Assembly (NCBI GenBank): GCA_964446965.1
Contig: CAYUQD010000003.1
Location: forward strand, 3,989-67,988
Direction: 5' to 3'
Source of the DNA: an uncultured Candidatus Saccharibacteria bacterium
GTDB lineage: Bacteria; Patescibacteriota; Minisyncoccia; Phycocordibacterales; UBA9973
Length of the DNA: 64,000 nucleotides
Shown: piece by piece, positions 55,798-64,000 of the stretch
How positions within the stretch are numbered: the first letter of the stretch is position 1
How the letters are laid out: every line of letters starts with the position of its first letter
Program-made: the position numbers and the translations under genes
The notes under the pieces: model-generated
What the model was told of the DNA's origin: nothing
Database searches by the model: none
The model's input: the letters and a program-made list of their open reading frames with translations, nothing else

Positions 55798-56133
55798 TCA
55801 CTGTGGTATAGGGGCTACAATATATACATCGTTATATTTTTTGAGCTCCACATACAATTGGATAACATTTGTCTTTCTGAGTTCGTTCGATATCTCCCAT
55901 GAAACATCCAACCATCCATAGCCACCTACGAATATTTGATATGTATCACTATCAAAGTTGTGGCGTACATTGACCTCGTCATCATCTATATATGAGTAGG
56001 CTCCATCGACGTCGCTAGAAAGATTTAAGATTACTGAATATGTCCTTTGAAATAACTTTCCATTTTTTAGTATCGCGTGTGTAGAAAAAACAGAGATACA
56101 TATTGTTTCGGCAATAAGTAATGCAAGGTTCAT
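55798..56133 (-). CDS. Hypothetical small secreted protein (AT-rich)
   Basis: 111 aa with a signal-peptide-like N-terminus. Confidence 0.35.
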   Translation of the reverse strand: MNLALLIAETICISVFSTHAILKNGKLFQRTYSVILNLSSDVDGAYSYIDDDEVNVRHNFDSDTYQIFVGGYGWLDVSWEISNELRKTNVIQLYVELKKYNDVYIVAPIPQ

Positions 56134-56179
56134 AGCTTTTTAGTTTTCCATACTTTACGCAAATAGTGCGAAAAGTCAA

Positions 56180-56521
56180 TTACTTGTACGAAAACAACTT
56201 TTTATCGAAGTCTTTGATCACACCCTTCTTATCGACTTCGATTCCTTCTGCTTTGTAGAGTTTGAGACGGCGAGATTTGTATTCGTTGGTGAGCCATACT
56301 TTCCCACCGGCGTAGACAATGCGGTGAAACGGGATGTTCTTTGCGCCGGCATCAAATGCCTTGCCGAGTATTGCCGTCACACTTCTCGCTGCTTGCCCAC
56401 CTCCGCCAGCGGCTCGTGCGATGTGCCCATACGTCGTCACCTTCCCTTTTGGGATCAATAGTGCGAGCTCAACAACTCGTTCGCTAAATGTTTTTCCAAT
56501 TTCTTTTTTTACGATCTTCAT
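56180..56521 (-). CDS. Alkyltransferase-like protein (MGMT DNA-binding domain lacking the acceptor Cys)
   Basis: TYGHIARAAGGGGQAARSVTAILGKAFDAGAKNIPFHRIVYAGG carries PFHR where Ogt/Ada have PCHR. Start at the internal Met. Confidence 0.6.
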   Translation of the reverse strand: MKIVKKEIGKTFSERVVELALLIPKGKVTTYGHIARAAGGGGQAARSVTAILGKAFDAGAKNIPFHRIVYAGGKVWLTNEYKSRRLKLYKAEGIEVDKKGVIKDFDKKLFSYK

Positions 56522-56595
56522 GTGTGAAACTATGCACTCGAGCAAATAAAAAAGCAACCACAAAAAGTGATTGCTTAATAAATGTTTAACAATGA

Positions 56596-57117
56596 TCAGA
56601 GGTGCATTAATCGAAAGTCATCCCACCAACAAGTCAATTCAAACCATTTCCATGAGATCCACTCAACAATCATATTGAGTACGACTGTAGCAGTAATAAC
56701 ACAGAAATATAAAATCGGTACCAATAAGGTAATGTACAAAAACACAGGATTCTGAACTAAAAATAAATTTAATCTATCTTTATATGGCCATAAGACCTGA
56801 TAATTATCTTTAATCCTTTTCCATGTTCCTGTTCCCACATTCCCACCTGTTTTTTTATACAAACTATCCATTTGTAGCCATAACATAAGTGGTGTCATTA
56901 TCATGTACATAATGATCATGAACCATGCAGTATTTCTGTACACCTTTATATCCTGATGCTGGAGGATATGATTTCTCATTAATAAATTATACGTAACTGC
57001 GCTGTACAGTATCGTAATCAATGCTCCGGCAATGCCGATAATCCATAAATGTTTTTTCATCCCAATTAGTTTTTTGTGAAAAGATTTTGTTTCACACACT
57101 TTACATTTTTTTCGCAA
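56596..57117 (-). CDS. Hypothetical polytopic membrane protein (AT-rich)
   Basis: 173 aa with at least four hydrophobic helices. Confidence 0.4.
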   Translation of the reverse strand: MRKKCKVCETKSFHKKLIGMKKHLWIIGIAGALITILYSAVTYNLLMRNHILQHQDIKVYRNTAWFMIIMYMIMTPLMLWLQMDSLYKKTGGNVGTGTWKRIKDNYQVLWPYKDRLNLFLVQNPVFLYITLLVPILYFCVITATVVLNMIVEWISWKWFELTCWWDDFRLMHL

Positions 57118-57159
57118 AAAGTCAAAACCACCCGTTCGGGTGGTTTCTATTTTTACTTC

Positions 57160-57516
57160 TTATCCATTCATATGCTCCTTGCACGTTTTCGCACTAGGAT
57201 TTGCTTCGAGGCGTTCTGGTTCGATCTTTTCTCCGCCGATTTCGCAGATGCCGTAGCCACCTTCTTCGATCTTTGTCAGTGCACTGTTTACATCAGAGAG
57301 ACGAGCTTGGAGTGTTGTTACCATACCACTACGTTCTTCGAAGTCTTCGAAGCGGTCAGCGGCGTCGTTGTCATCGATCTCGCCCATCATGTCCTGGTTT
57401 GGGGTTGCTTCCCAGATGTTGGTCTCCGTGTTAAAGAGGGCTATAGAACCGAGCTCTTCTTCGAGAGTCGCCTTTTCTGCTACGAGCTTTTCTTTGTATT
57501 GTTTGGTATCTTTCAT
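57160..57516 (-). CDS. DksA/TraR-family zinc-finger protein (YocK-like)
   Basis: C-terminal GYGICEIGGEKIEPERLEANPSAKTCKEH with an N-terminal coiled coil, as in the DksA/TraR C4-type family. Only two Cys are visible. Confidence 0.5.
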   Translation of the reverse strand: MKDTKQYKEKLVAEKATLEEELGSIALFNTETNIWEATPNQDMMGEIDDNDAADRFEDFEERSGMVTTLQARLSDVNSALTKIEEGGYGICEIGGEKIEPERLEANPSAKTCKEHMNG

Positions 57517-57615
57517 GCCGATTATAGTAGCATGTCACCCCAAATGCACAAGGGTGTTTTTGCACAGCTTTTTATATGAAATTTACAGCCCCACGCACCT
57601 CGTCGGGCCTTAGTG

Positions 57616-58530
57616 CTATCTCTGTCGAATGATCGTATCGTACACCGCTTTGAGGACATTCGGGTCAGTAGCAACGACGATCGTGCGTTCAGTTGCGTAG
57701 CCATAGTAGAGAATGATCGTCTTTACATTGGTATCGATGTTGGTACTTGCGAGCGTGCGCACCGGCAAGTTGTACATATAACTACTCTCAAATCCTGCAC
57801 TCACCTCTTCGGCATCAGTGCGTGGTGGGATTGCAAGTATTGCTCCGACACTGTCGAGGAGTTTTGGTTCTGCGATCAAGAATTCTTTTGATGCGATCTC
57901 TGCACTAGGTACGGAGAAAATGAGGAAGGGAGACACACGCGTGCCGTTGTTGTACACACCGAGTCGGACGAGCGAGATCGCCGCGAGGAATGGTTCGCCA
58001 AAATCAATACCAAAGTATCGGAACACTTCTTCGGATGACAGTGGGGTGAGTGTTGTGCTGTCAGAGAGGAATGGTACGAGGACTGGCTTGCCTTCGATGA
58101 TGTCAGGACTGGTGGTGATGCTCGTGATCGCGTCGAGGGAGGCTGTCTTGTCTGTAATGACAGGAGCGATATTTTGGAATACGCCGACTGTCGGGAGAGG
58201 TGCAACAGAGACCGTGAGAGTGCGGTAGTAGTATCCACCATAGACGATGGCACCGAGTGCGAGGATGACGAGGATGACTCCGCCGGTGGTGTACCACCCT
58301 TTTTGGTGACGAACGACGTCGCGTTCTTTTTCGAGTTCTTCGCGTTCACGAGCGGTGTGCAGCATTTCTTGGACGACGTGTGCGTCAGTCGCATTCATCG
58401 CAAGCGAGAGATCTTCTTGGAAGGTGTGCACGATTGGGCGGTTCTCGTGACTCTCCTCTACTGGCTTTTGCGGCACAGCAGGAGGTTGTGTTGGAGGAGT
58501 CTCGGGTTGTGTCGGTGTGGTTGGTTCCAT
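57616..58530 (-). CDS. Membrane-anchored hypothetical protein (Pro/Thr-rich N-terminus, one TM, extracellular domain)
   Basis: 304 aa with a TM at GGVILVILALGAIVYGGYYY. Confidence 0.45.
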   Translation of the reverse strand: MEPTTPTQPETPPTQPPAVPQKPVEESHENRPIVHTFQEDLSLAMNATDAHVVQEMLHTAREREELEKERDVVRHQKGWYTTGGVILVILALGAIVYGGYYYRTLTVSVAPLPTVGVFQNIAPVITDKTASLDAITSITTSPDIIEGKPVLVPFLSDSTTLTPLSSEEVFRYFGIDFGEPFLAAISLVRLGVYNNGTRVSPFLIFSVPSAEIASKEFLIAEPKLLDSVGAILAIPPRTDAEEVSAGFESSYMYNLPVRTLASTNIDTNVKTIILYYGYATERTIVVATDPNVLKAVYDTIIRQR

Positions 58531-58536
58531 GGAGGA

Positions 58537-59046
58537 TTAGTATCCGATGAGGTACTTTTTGGAGTGAGTAGAGAGATCGAGGAAGTCGTCTGCGGCGAGC
58601 TTGAGTGATGCAGACGCACTTTGGCCAAATGTCGCGACCTCAACTTGGATACCGTGGTGGTAGCGGAGGAACTGACACAGCGGGACGAAGTCGCCGTCCC
58701 CTGAGACGATGACAATGGCATCGAGTTTGGGGGCCATGGTGACACAGTCGATGGCGAGTCCGATATCCCAGTCGGCTTTCTTTGAGCCGTCATAGAATAT
58801 CTGGAGGTCTTTGCTCTTGGTCTCGATCCCCGCTTTGTTAAGTGCCCCGAGGAATGCCTTCTCGTCTTCATTCTCGGTTGTGATCACGTACGCGATCGCA
58901 CGCACGAGCGAGCGACCTGCGAGTACGTCTTTGACGATATTGGCAAAGTTGACCTTGCGTTTGTAGATATGCTTTGCGGTGTGGTAGAGGTTCTGTGCAT
59001 CGATGAATACCCCTACGCGTTGTTCCTTGTGTTTGATGATGGCCAT
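58537..59046 (-). CDS. NYN-domain (LabA-like, DUF88) protein
   Basis: QRVGVFIDAQNLYH...DIGLAIDCV...IVIVSGDGDFVPL gives the conserved acidic residues of the NYN/PIN-like nuclease fold. Start at the internal Met. Confidence 0.7.
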   Translation of the reverse strand: MAIIKHKEQRVGVFIDAQNLYHTAKHIYKRKVNFANIVKDVLAGRSLVRAIAYVITTENEDEKAFLGALNKAGIETKSKDLQIFYDGSKKADWDIGLAIDCVTMAPKLDAIVIVSGDGDFVPLCQFLRYHHGIQVEVATFGQSASASLKLAADDFLDLSTHSKKYLIGY

Positions 59047-59095
59047 GACTATGAGTATACAACAAAACACTCCGCAAATGCGGAGTGTTTCAGTA

Positions 59096-59356
59096 TTAAC
59101 CTTTGAGAAGTTTTGAGACTTCTTTGTGCTGATCAGGGTTTGTCTTTTCGAGTACCTTGAGGTGACCACGTCGGTCCGCTACCATCTTGATGAGGCCACG
59201 TCGTGAGTGGTTGTCCTTCTTGTGCTTCTTGAGGTGGGTTGCGAGTTCGTCGATCTTTTCGGTCAACATCGCTACCTGTACCTTCTTGCTGCCAGTATCA
59301 GTCTTGTGGACCTGATGCTTTTTGATGATTGTCTGCTTTTTCTTCGTTGATAACAT
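59096..59356 (-). CDS. rpsO: 30S ribosomal protein S15
   Basis: TGSKKVQVAMLTEKIDELATHLKKHKKDNHSRRGLIKMVADRR is a full S15 signature. Start at the internal Met MLSTKKK. Confidence 0.85.
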   Translation of the reverse strand: MLSTKKKQTIIKKHQVHKTDTGSKKVQVAMLTEKIDELATHLKKHKKDNHSRRGLIKMVADRRGHLKVLEKTNPDQHKEVSKLLKG

Positions 59357-59483
59357 GATATGGTCATCATAACACATGCCCTCGAGAAAGGCAAGTACCC
59401 CACCTTACCCCCGAAATATAGACAATGTGTACGAAATGCGAGAGCTTTTTTATGTCGCACAATATTTCGGCTATACTATGTAT

Positions 59484-60398
59484 ATGGACTTCCCTACTGC
59501 CAAGCGACAATTCCTCGAATACATCGAGATTGAAAAAGGGCGCAGTCTCAAGACTGTCGAGAACTACGACCACTACCTCACGCGCTTTGCGAGTGATATG
59601 AAGGTTGCCAAGGTGAGAGACATCACCGAGGATACACTGCGAGAATTTCGCCTCAAGCTCAACCGTGCTCCAGGTGTCAAAGTCCGTGGCCAAGCCGCAG
59701 CGACCATGAAGAAGAATACACAGAACTACTATATGATCGCGCTTCGATCATTTCTGAAATACTGTCGCAAGCGCAACATCGAGAGTGTCGCACCAGATGC
59801 AATCGAACTCGCAAAGACTGGCGCACGTCACCTCGATCTCATGACGACGGATGAGCTCGGGCGATTGCTCCAAGCTCCCGATCTCTCGACACTGCGAGGC
59901 TTGCGCGACAAGGCGCTCCTCGAACTCTTTTTCTCCACAGGACTTCGTCTCGCCGAACTCTGCTCGCTCAACAACGATCTGGATCTCTCTCGAGACGAGT
60001 TCTCTATCCGTGGAAAGGGCGAGAAGGTCCGCGTCGTATTTATCAGTGATGACGCCCGTACTGCGATCAAGGCATATCAGAAGGCGCGCAAGGATATGGA
60101 CGAAGCCATGTTTGTCGATATCGCAAAGAATGGTGCCGGCCGCAATGACCGACGCCTCACTCCTCGCTCTATCGAGCGCATTGTCCGTGCCTATGCCATC
60201 AAGGCTGGTATCTCAAAAAAGGTCACTCCTCACGTATTGCGCCACTCATTTGCCACCAACCTCCTCTCCAACGGTGCAGATATCCGTAGTGTTCAGATGA
60301 TGCTCGGCCACGCCAACATCGCTACTACACAGGTCTATACGCACATTACTGACAAGCAGTTGCGAGAGGTTCACAAGAAATTTCACAGCAAACGATAA
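59484..60398 (+). CDS. Tyrosine site-specific recombinase, XerC/XerD-like
   Basis: Catalytic R...HxxR...Y set: ELFFSTGLRLAEL, HVLRHSFATNLL, LGHANIATTQVYTH. Start at the internal Met MDFPTAKRQF. Confidence 0.8.
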   Translation: MDFPTAKRQFLEYIEIEKGRSLKTVENYDHYLTRFASDMKVAKVRDITEDTLREFRLKLNRAPGVKVRGQAAATMKKNTQNYYMIALRSFLKYCRKRNIESVAPDAIELAKTGARHLDLMTTDELGRLLQAPDLSTLRGLRDKALLELFFSTGLRLAELCSLNNDLDLSRDEFSIRGKGEKVRVVFISDDARTAIKAYQKARKDMDEAMFVDIAKNGAGRNDRRLTPRSIERIVRAYAIKAGISKKVTPHVLRHSFATNLLSNGADIRSVQMMLGHANIATTQVYTHITDKQLREVHKKFHSKR

Positions 60399-60446
60399 CT
60401 TCTTATTCTCCTAAAAATCTGTTATCATTGGGAAAAATAATTTAAT

Positions 60447-60776
60447 ATGAATCAAAAGTTAAAAAAAGTACTGCTCGCAGGAGTGATTGCAGTATGTATC
60501 GCAGGTGGAAGTATGACACTAGCCTCAAAAGGCGCCCCGAGAAAAGAGGTCAGCAATGACCAGTATGTCCGTGGATGGATCGACAATTCGTGGAACACAT
60601 TCACAATCCCCAAAAACCCCAATTTTATTATTGAGCCCACTATGCTCTTGATAAAACAAAAGAGAGAAAGGGATACAATTCTCAGAATTGCAAACCTTTC
60701 CTACACTGGAGAGGGATCTATGGATTCGAGCGTGCTCTCTATGAGAACAATAACTAATTGTGAAGTTACACAATAA
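60447..60776 (+). CDS. Hypothetical small secreted protein (AT-rich)
   Basis: Signal peptide MNQKLKKVLLAGVIAVCIAGGSMTLA; 109 aa. Confidence 0.35.
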   Translation: MNQKLKKVLLAGVIAVCIAGGSMTLASKGAPRKEVSNDQYVRGWIDNSWNTFTIPKNPNFIIEPTMLLIKQKRERDTILRIANLSYTGEGSMDSSVLSMRTITNCEVTQ

Positions 60777-60794
60777 GATAATTTATCACTCACC

Positions 60795-60822
60795 AAAAAA
60801 TGCCCAGCAATGGGCTTTTTTC
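60795..60822 (+). terminator. Rho-independent terminator
   Basis: AAAAATGCCCAGCAATGGGCTTTTTT. Confidence 0.55.
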
Positions 60823-61121
60823 TCTGGGAAGTTATACACAGTTGTGTGGTGTACAACGTATTGGTACAATAGATGCAAAGGTAGTTATTCAAAAACCCAA
60901 TATCTTTTACTCAACGACCTAACCGTCGTCCATTCCGCACTGTGTGCATCCGTCGTAGTACGTGTAATCCAAACAAACCACCGCAAAATGGTACTCGCAG
61001 TAGTTCTTCCAGTAGTTCTTTCAAATTTTAACCCCATGAAGTCTCAGACTTCATCTCCAATACTCTAAACCCCCTATTTTTAAACTAAGGGGGTTTTTCT
61101 TTTGCCTGCTATACTATTTTT

Positions 61122-61892
61122 ATGCGAATTATCTCCTGGAACACCAACGGCCTGCGCGCCACTGCCAAACAAGGCTATTTTGACCCATTATTTCGCGACT
61201 TGGACCCCGACATCCTCTGTCTGCAGGAGACCAAGGCACTCCCCGAGCAGCTCCCCGAGGAAGTCCGAGATGTATTTGGATACGCATCATACTTTGCCTT
61301 CCCTACCCTAAAGAAGGGGTATAGCGGTGTCGCTATCTATACCAAGGCTACTCCCCTCAATGTTACCTATGGTATCGGCATGGAGTCACTCGACAATGAG
61401 GGTCGCACGATCACTGCAGAGTATGACAACTACTACCTCATCAACTGCTACTTCCCCAATGGCGGGGGTGCTCCAGAGCGTCTCGAGTACAAACTCGCCT
61501 TTTATGACCAATTTTTGAAGTACATAGCCAAACTTGAGAAACATAAACCCGTGATCTTTTGTGGAGACGTGAACGTTGCCCATACCGAGATAGATCTCGC
61601 TCGTCCCAAGGAGAATGCGACCCACGTCGGCTTCCTGCCTATAGAACGCGCATGGATGGACAAGGTCGTCCACAAAGGATGGATCGACGTATTCCGCCAC
61701 CGCAACCCCACTACTACCGAGGTCTATACTTACTGGGATCAGTACTCCCATGCCAGAGAGCGCAACGTCGGCTGGCGTATCGATTATTTCTTTGTTTCCC
61801 CTATGTTGATCGGCAATGTCAGTGACTTCCAGACACTCACCCAATACTACGGTAGCGACCACTGCCCGATACTCCTCGACATCACGCTCTAA
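61122..61892 (+). CDS. xth: Exodeoxyribonuclease III (AP endonuclease)
   Basis: MRIISWNTNGLRA, LCLQETK, FCGDVNVAHTEIDL, GSDHCPI are all ExoIII/EEP catalytic motifs. Confidence 0.85.
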   Translation: MRIISWNTNGLRATAKQGYFDPLFRDLDPDILCLQETKALPEQLPEEVRDVFGYASYFAFPTLKKGYSGVAIYTKATPLNVTYGIGMESLDNEGRTITAEYDNYYLINCYFPNGGGAPERLEYKLAFYDQFLKYIAKLEKHKPVIFCGDVNVAHTEIDLARPKENATHVGFLPIERAWMDKVVHKGWIDVFRHRNPTTTEVYTYWDQYSHARERNVGWRIDYFFVSPMLIGNVSDFQTLTQYYGSDHCPILLDITL

Positions 61893-61900
61893 CTTTACAT

Positions 61901-62269
61901 TTGGACAATATATGCTATAGTTTTAAAAAACTACTGTATATGCATATCTTAAAAAAGAAAATCACGATCAAAACAATTATCGCTACCGTTGTGGCACTCT
62001 GCCTTCTGGCTCTCACTGGCATACTCATCGACCGGCAATGGTCCATCAATGCAGGATTGGTCTGCTGGATCATTGTTGTTGGTGGGATCCCTATTGGCTT
62101 TCTTGTCAGATGGGCTTTCGAGAAACTTCGGAATCGGAAATGGTTTAAAAAACCAAAGTCCAATGTACCATCTATTCAATGTCGTCCTGGCGAAGTGTCT
62201 GAGGATGAATTCCCTACCCCGAGTGAGGTGTTCACAAAAGAGTCATGGCCGGAGTTTGTAGAAGCCTAA
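61901..62269 (+). CDS. Hypothetical membrane protein
   Basis: 122 aa with two TM helices. Confidence 0.4.
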   Translation: MDNICYSFKKLLYMHILKKKITIKTIIATVVALCLLALTGILIDRQWSINAGLVCWIIVVGGIPIGFLVRWAFEKLRNRKWFKKPKSNVPSIQCRPGEVSEDEFPTPSEVFTKESWPEFVEA

Positions 62270-62287
62270 TTACCCCCTACAAAAAAA

Positions 62288-62322
62288 TTAACCCCATACA
62301 CATAGTGTATGGGGTTTTTTAA
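62288..62322 (+). terminator. Rho-independent terminator
   Basis: AACCCCATACACATAGTGTATGGGGTTTTTT. Confidence 0.6.
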
Positions 62323-62554
62323 GTAAGGATGTAGTAATGATTAGGCAGCTTTTCGTCGGTAATTCTGTTGACGATTACTTGGTCGATGGACGGTGCCTTT
62401 TGTTTTGCGGTCAAAGGATCCTTTTTCGGCAGCAATTTTTGCTGTACCGGTACTATTAAATTTCTTTTTACCCATAGAGAATTATTTTCTATGTTATACC
62501 AAAGCCCTCTTGTGTTGTAAAGGAGAAGGAGTAGACTATGGGAAACTGTTAGCT

Positions 62555-63061
62555 ATGAAAATAAATATATCTACGTTTCAGTCACGAACTGTAATAACTC
62601 CTCTTTTACAGGAAATATGGAAGGACACAACAATACTTCCACTTCCAAAGGATATTAGTTCATACATCACGTATTTCGATATTTTTTCTACATTCATCCG
62701 CAATACTTCATCTTTCTTGTTTCAAGAAGTAAAAAGAACAAATCTTTTTACTGAGGATGCAATACAAGATATTGAAGCAGATCTAGCAAGTTTGCACCGC
62801 CTTTGCAGTGCAATACAAAAGGAATTGCGCAACAATTATTTACTTTCCCGCAAGGATAAACGGTTGTTTGCACGGATGATGAATAAAAATGAAGAAATCT
62901 GGGAAAAATTTGATATCCTCTCGCTCAAGATAGCTGACCTCAATGATAATTTGTTGCATCCACATATTGGAGATTATCTCCCATCAGTAGAAACAACACT
63001 TACTCAATGTGATATGTCTGTTTTCTTGAATCAAAAAAAAGAGTCGTTCCGAAAAAATTAA
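62555..63061 (+). CDS. Hypothetical protein (AT-rich islet)
   Basis: Start at the internal Met MKINISTF. No motif recognised. Confidence 0.35.
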   Translation: MKINISTFQSRTVITPLLQEIWKDTTILPLPKDISSYITYFDIFSTFIRNTSSFLFQEVKRTNLFTEDAIQDIEADLASLHRLCSAIQKELRNNYLLSRKDKRLFARMMNKNEEIWEKFDILSLKIADLNDNLLHPHIGDYLPSVETTLTQCDMSVFLNQKKESFRKN

Positions 63062-63112
63062 AACTGGCCATAATTGGCCGGTTTTTTCTTGCTTGGTAAT
63101 AGGACTTCCTTT

Positions 63113-63565
63113 TTATACAAACATTTTTGCAATCACAAGAACGAGTCCGATCGTGACAAGGTAGGAGATACTATCACTTGCGAACTTTTTCCATGCGATA
63201 TCGCGAGGAGTATTGCCCCAGAGAATGCCCGAGCCAATGACGGGTACCATCATGGCAAGCCATACAAAGAATGCTTCTGTTGCAACCATCCCAAATGTCT
63301 GACCATTGCGCATCCCAAAGATAGTGATAAATCCGATAAAGAATGCCGTAAGCGCCGACATGATGAACTGTGCGAGATAGCTCTTCCACATCTTGGGTTT
63401 CATTTCCTCGATGAGGCGCTGTTGCTCGTCAGGCGAGATCTTGTCAAAGCCGATAGCCTTCATGTGGAGGCGTCCCATCGGGGTACCTGGTGAGTACCAG
63501 ATACTTCCGACAACGACTGATACTACTGCTCCAATAATAGCGATCAAAAGTATTGTTGTAATCAT
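63113..63565 (-). CDS. Hypothetical polytopic membrane protein
   Basis: About 150 aa with four hydrophobic helices. Start at the internal Met. Confidence 0.4.
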   Translation of the reverse strand: MITTILLIAIIGAVVSVVVGSIWYSPGTPMGRLHMKAIGFDKISPDEQQRLIEEMKPKMWKSYLAQFIMSALTAFFIGFITIFGMRNGQTFGMVATEAFFVWLAMMVPVIGSGILWGNTPRDIAWKKFASDSISYLVTIGLVLVIAKMFV

Positions 63566-63591
63566 ATAGTGAGAGTATATCGCAAGAAATG

Positions 63592-63864
63592 TTAGTCGCA
63601 TACTTCCCTCCTGTGTTTGATACGAAGAATGGTGAGGATAATGATATCGCCGTTATTGTCACATCTGAACACTGCCCGATAATCACCAATGCGATATCGG
63701 TACCTACCTGCAAGTCGCCCCGCAAGCGCTGTTGCACGAACGAGCGGATTAGAAAGTTCGCTGTTTTCTTTTATTTTGAAAACAATACGGAGCGCAATGC
63801 TCTTGTCTAGTCGCTCGAGGTCCCTTCGTGCTTGGGTAGTATAGGTGAGTTGGTATCTATTCAT
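63592..63864 (-). CDS. RelE/ParE-family type II toxin
   Basis: YRYRIGDYRAVFRCDNNGDIIILTILRIKHRREV is the classic RelE/ParE C-terminal signature. Its ATG overlaps the stop of the upstream ORF (ATGAATAG). Confidence 0.65.
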   Translation of the reverse strand: MNRYQLTYTTQARRDLERLDKSIALRIVFKIKENSELSNPLVRATALAGRLAGRYRYRIGDYRAVFRCDNNGDIIILTILRIKHRREVCD

Positions 63865-64000
63865 TAAAGCCAAGCGCCTCGAGGACGTCTTGGTGTGAAT
63901 GGAGTCGACCGTGTTTTATGTCTTCCTCTGCCGCAGCGATGTCAGCAACGAGTTTATCGAGCTTGGTATTGCGGGCAAACGGCTTCACCTCAAAGAGTGG
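63858..64000 (-). CDS. Putative antitoxin (C-terminal part; gene continues beyond the window end)
   Basis: Hand-translated C-terminus: ...PLFEVKPFARNTKLDKLVADIAAAEEDIKHGRLHSHQDVLEALGFNE. Its stop overlaps the relE/parE start. Confidence 0.4.

Noticed and set aside
60760-61068. 102-aa plus-strand ORF between the small secreted protein gene and xth
   Set aside because: Spans a terminator hairpin (60795-60822); Cys/Trp/Tyr-rich odd composition; likely noncoding spacer.
1-64000. CRISPR arrays and rRNA genes
   Set aside because: No regularly spaced short direct repeats and no rRNA-like conserved sequence were noticed anywhere in the window. The only notable repeats are the 440-bp paralog repeat, the tRNA-Lys 3' copy and the pilB-ruvB inverted repeat.

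Overview
This 64 kb window looks like part of a compact bacterial chromosome that includes the replication-origin neighbourhood. The gene content is consistent with a small-genome monoderm bacterium, possibly Patescibacteria/CPR-like; this is inference only.

The origin region reads rpmH-rnpA-yidD ... yidC on the + strand, with divergent dnaA-dnaN on the - strand and DnaA-box clusters around them.

Confidently recognisable housekeeping genes are polA (short form), tyrS, ruvA, ruvB-ruvC, a class A PBP, tsaE, rsmA/ksgA, uvrD/pcrA, comM, xth, a XerC/D-type recombinase, rpsT, rpsO, rpmH, tRNA-Arg(GCG) and tRNA-Lys(UUU).

The left end carries a csoR-copA copper module, mscL, and a DsbB plus CPHC-thioredoxin-fold disulfide module.

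The most unusual content is a ~17.4 kb block of co-oriented minus-strand genes (31.5-48.9 kb), interrupted by a single plus-strand ORF at 40233-40841. It looks like a monoderm (Gram-positive-type) type IV secretion-like apparatus:
- a VirB4/TrbE-family ATPase;
- a PrgI/VirB3-like small membrane protein;
- a 1055-aa VirB6/TrbL-like polytopic protein;
- two adjacent paralogous proteins. Each fuses FN3-like extracellular domains, a nearly identical VirB2/pilin-like two-helix membrane hairpin, and a different peptidoglycan hydrolase domain (lytic transglycosylase in one, M15 peptidase in the other). The pair shares a ~440 bp near-identical intragenic DNA repeat;
- about eight further secreted or membrane-anchored proteins of unknown function.

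No relaxase, VirD4 coupling protein, integrase or att site flanks the cluster in this window, so it does not look like a classical conjugative element.

Other notable items:
- a solitary PilB-type ATPase;
- a bacterial SET-domain protein;
- an orphan MazF/PemK-like toxin in an AT-rich islet;
- a RelE/ParE toxin with an overlapping antitoxin at the right edge;
- a 20-nt direct repeat of the tRNA-Lys 3' end (att-like scar);
- an inverted-repeat mini-element between pilB and ruvB;
- a two-gene AT-rich coiled-coil insertion between yidD and yidC;
- several rho-independent terminators.

No rRNA genes or CRISPR arrays were seen.
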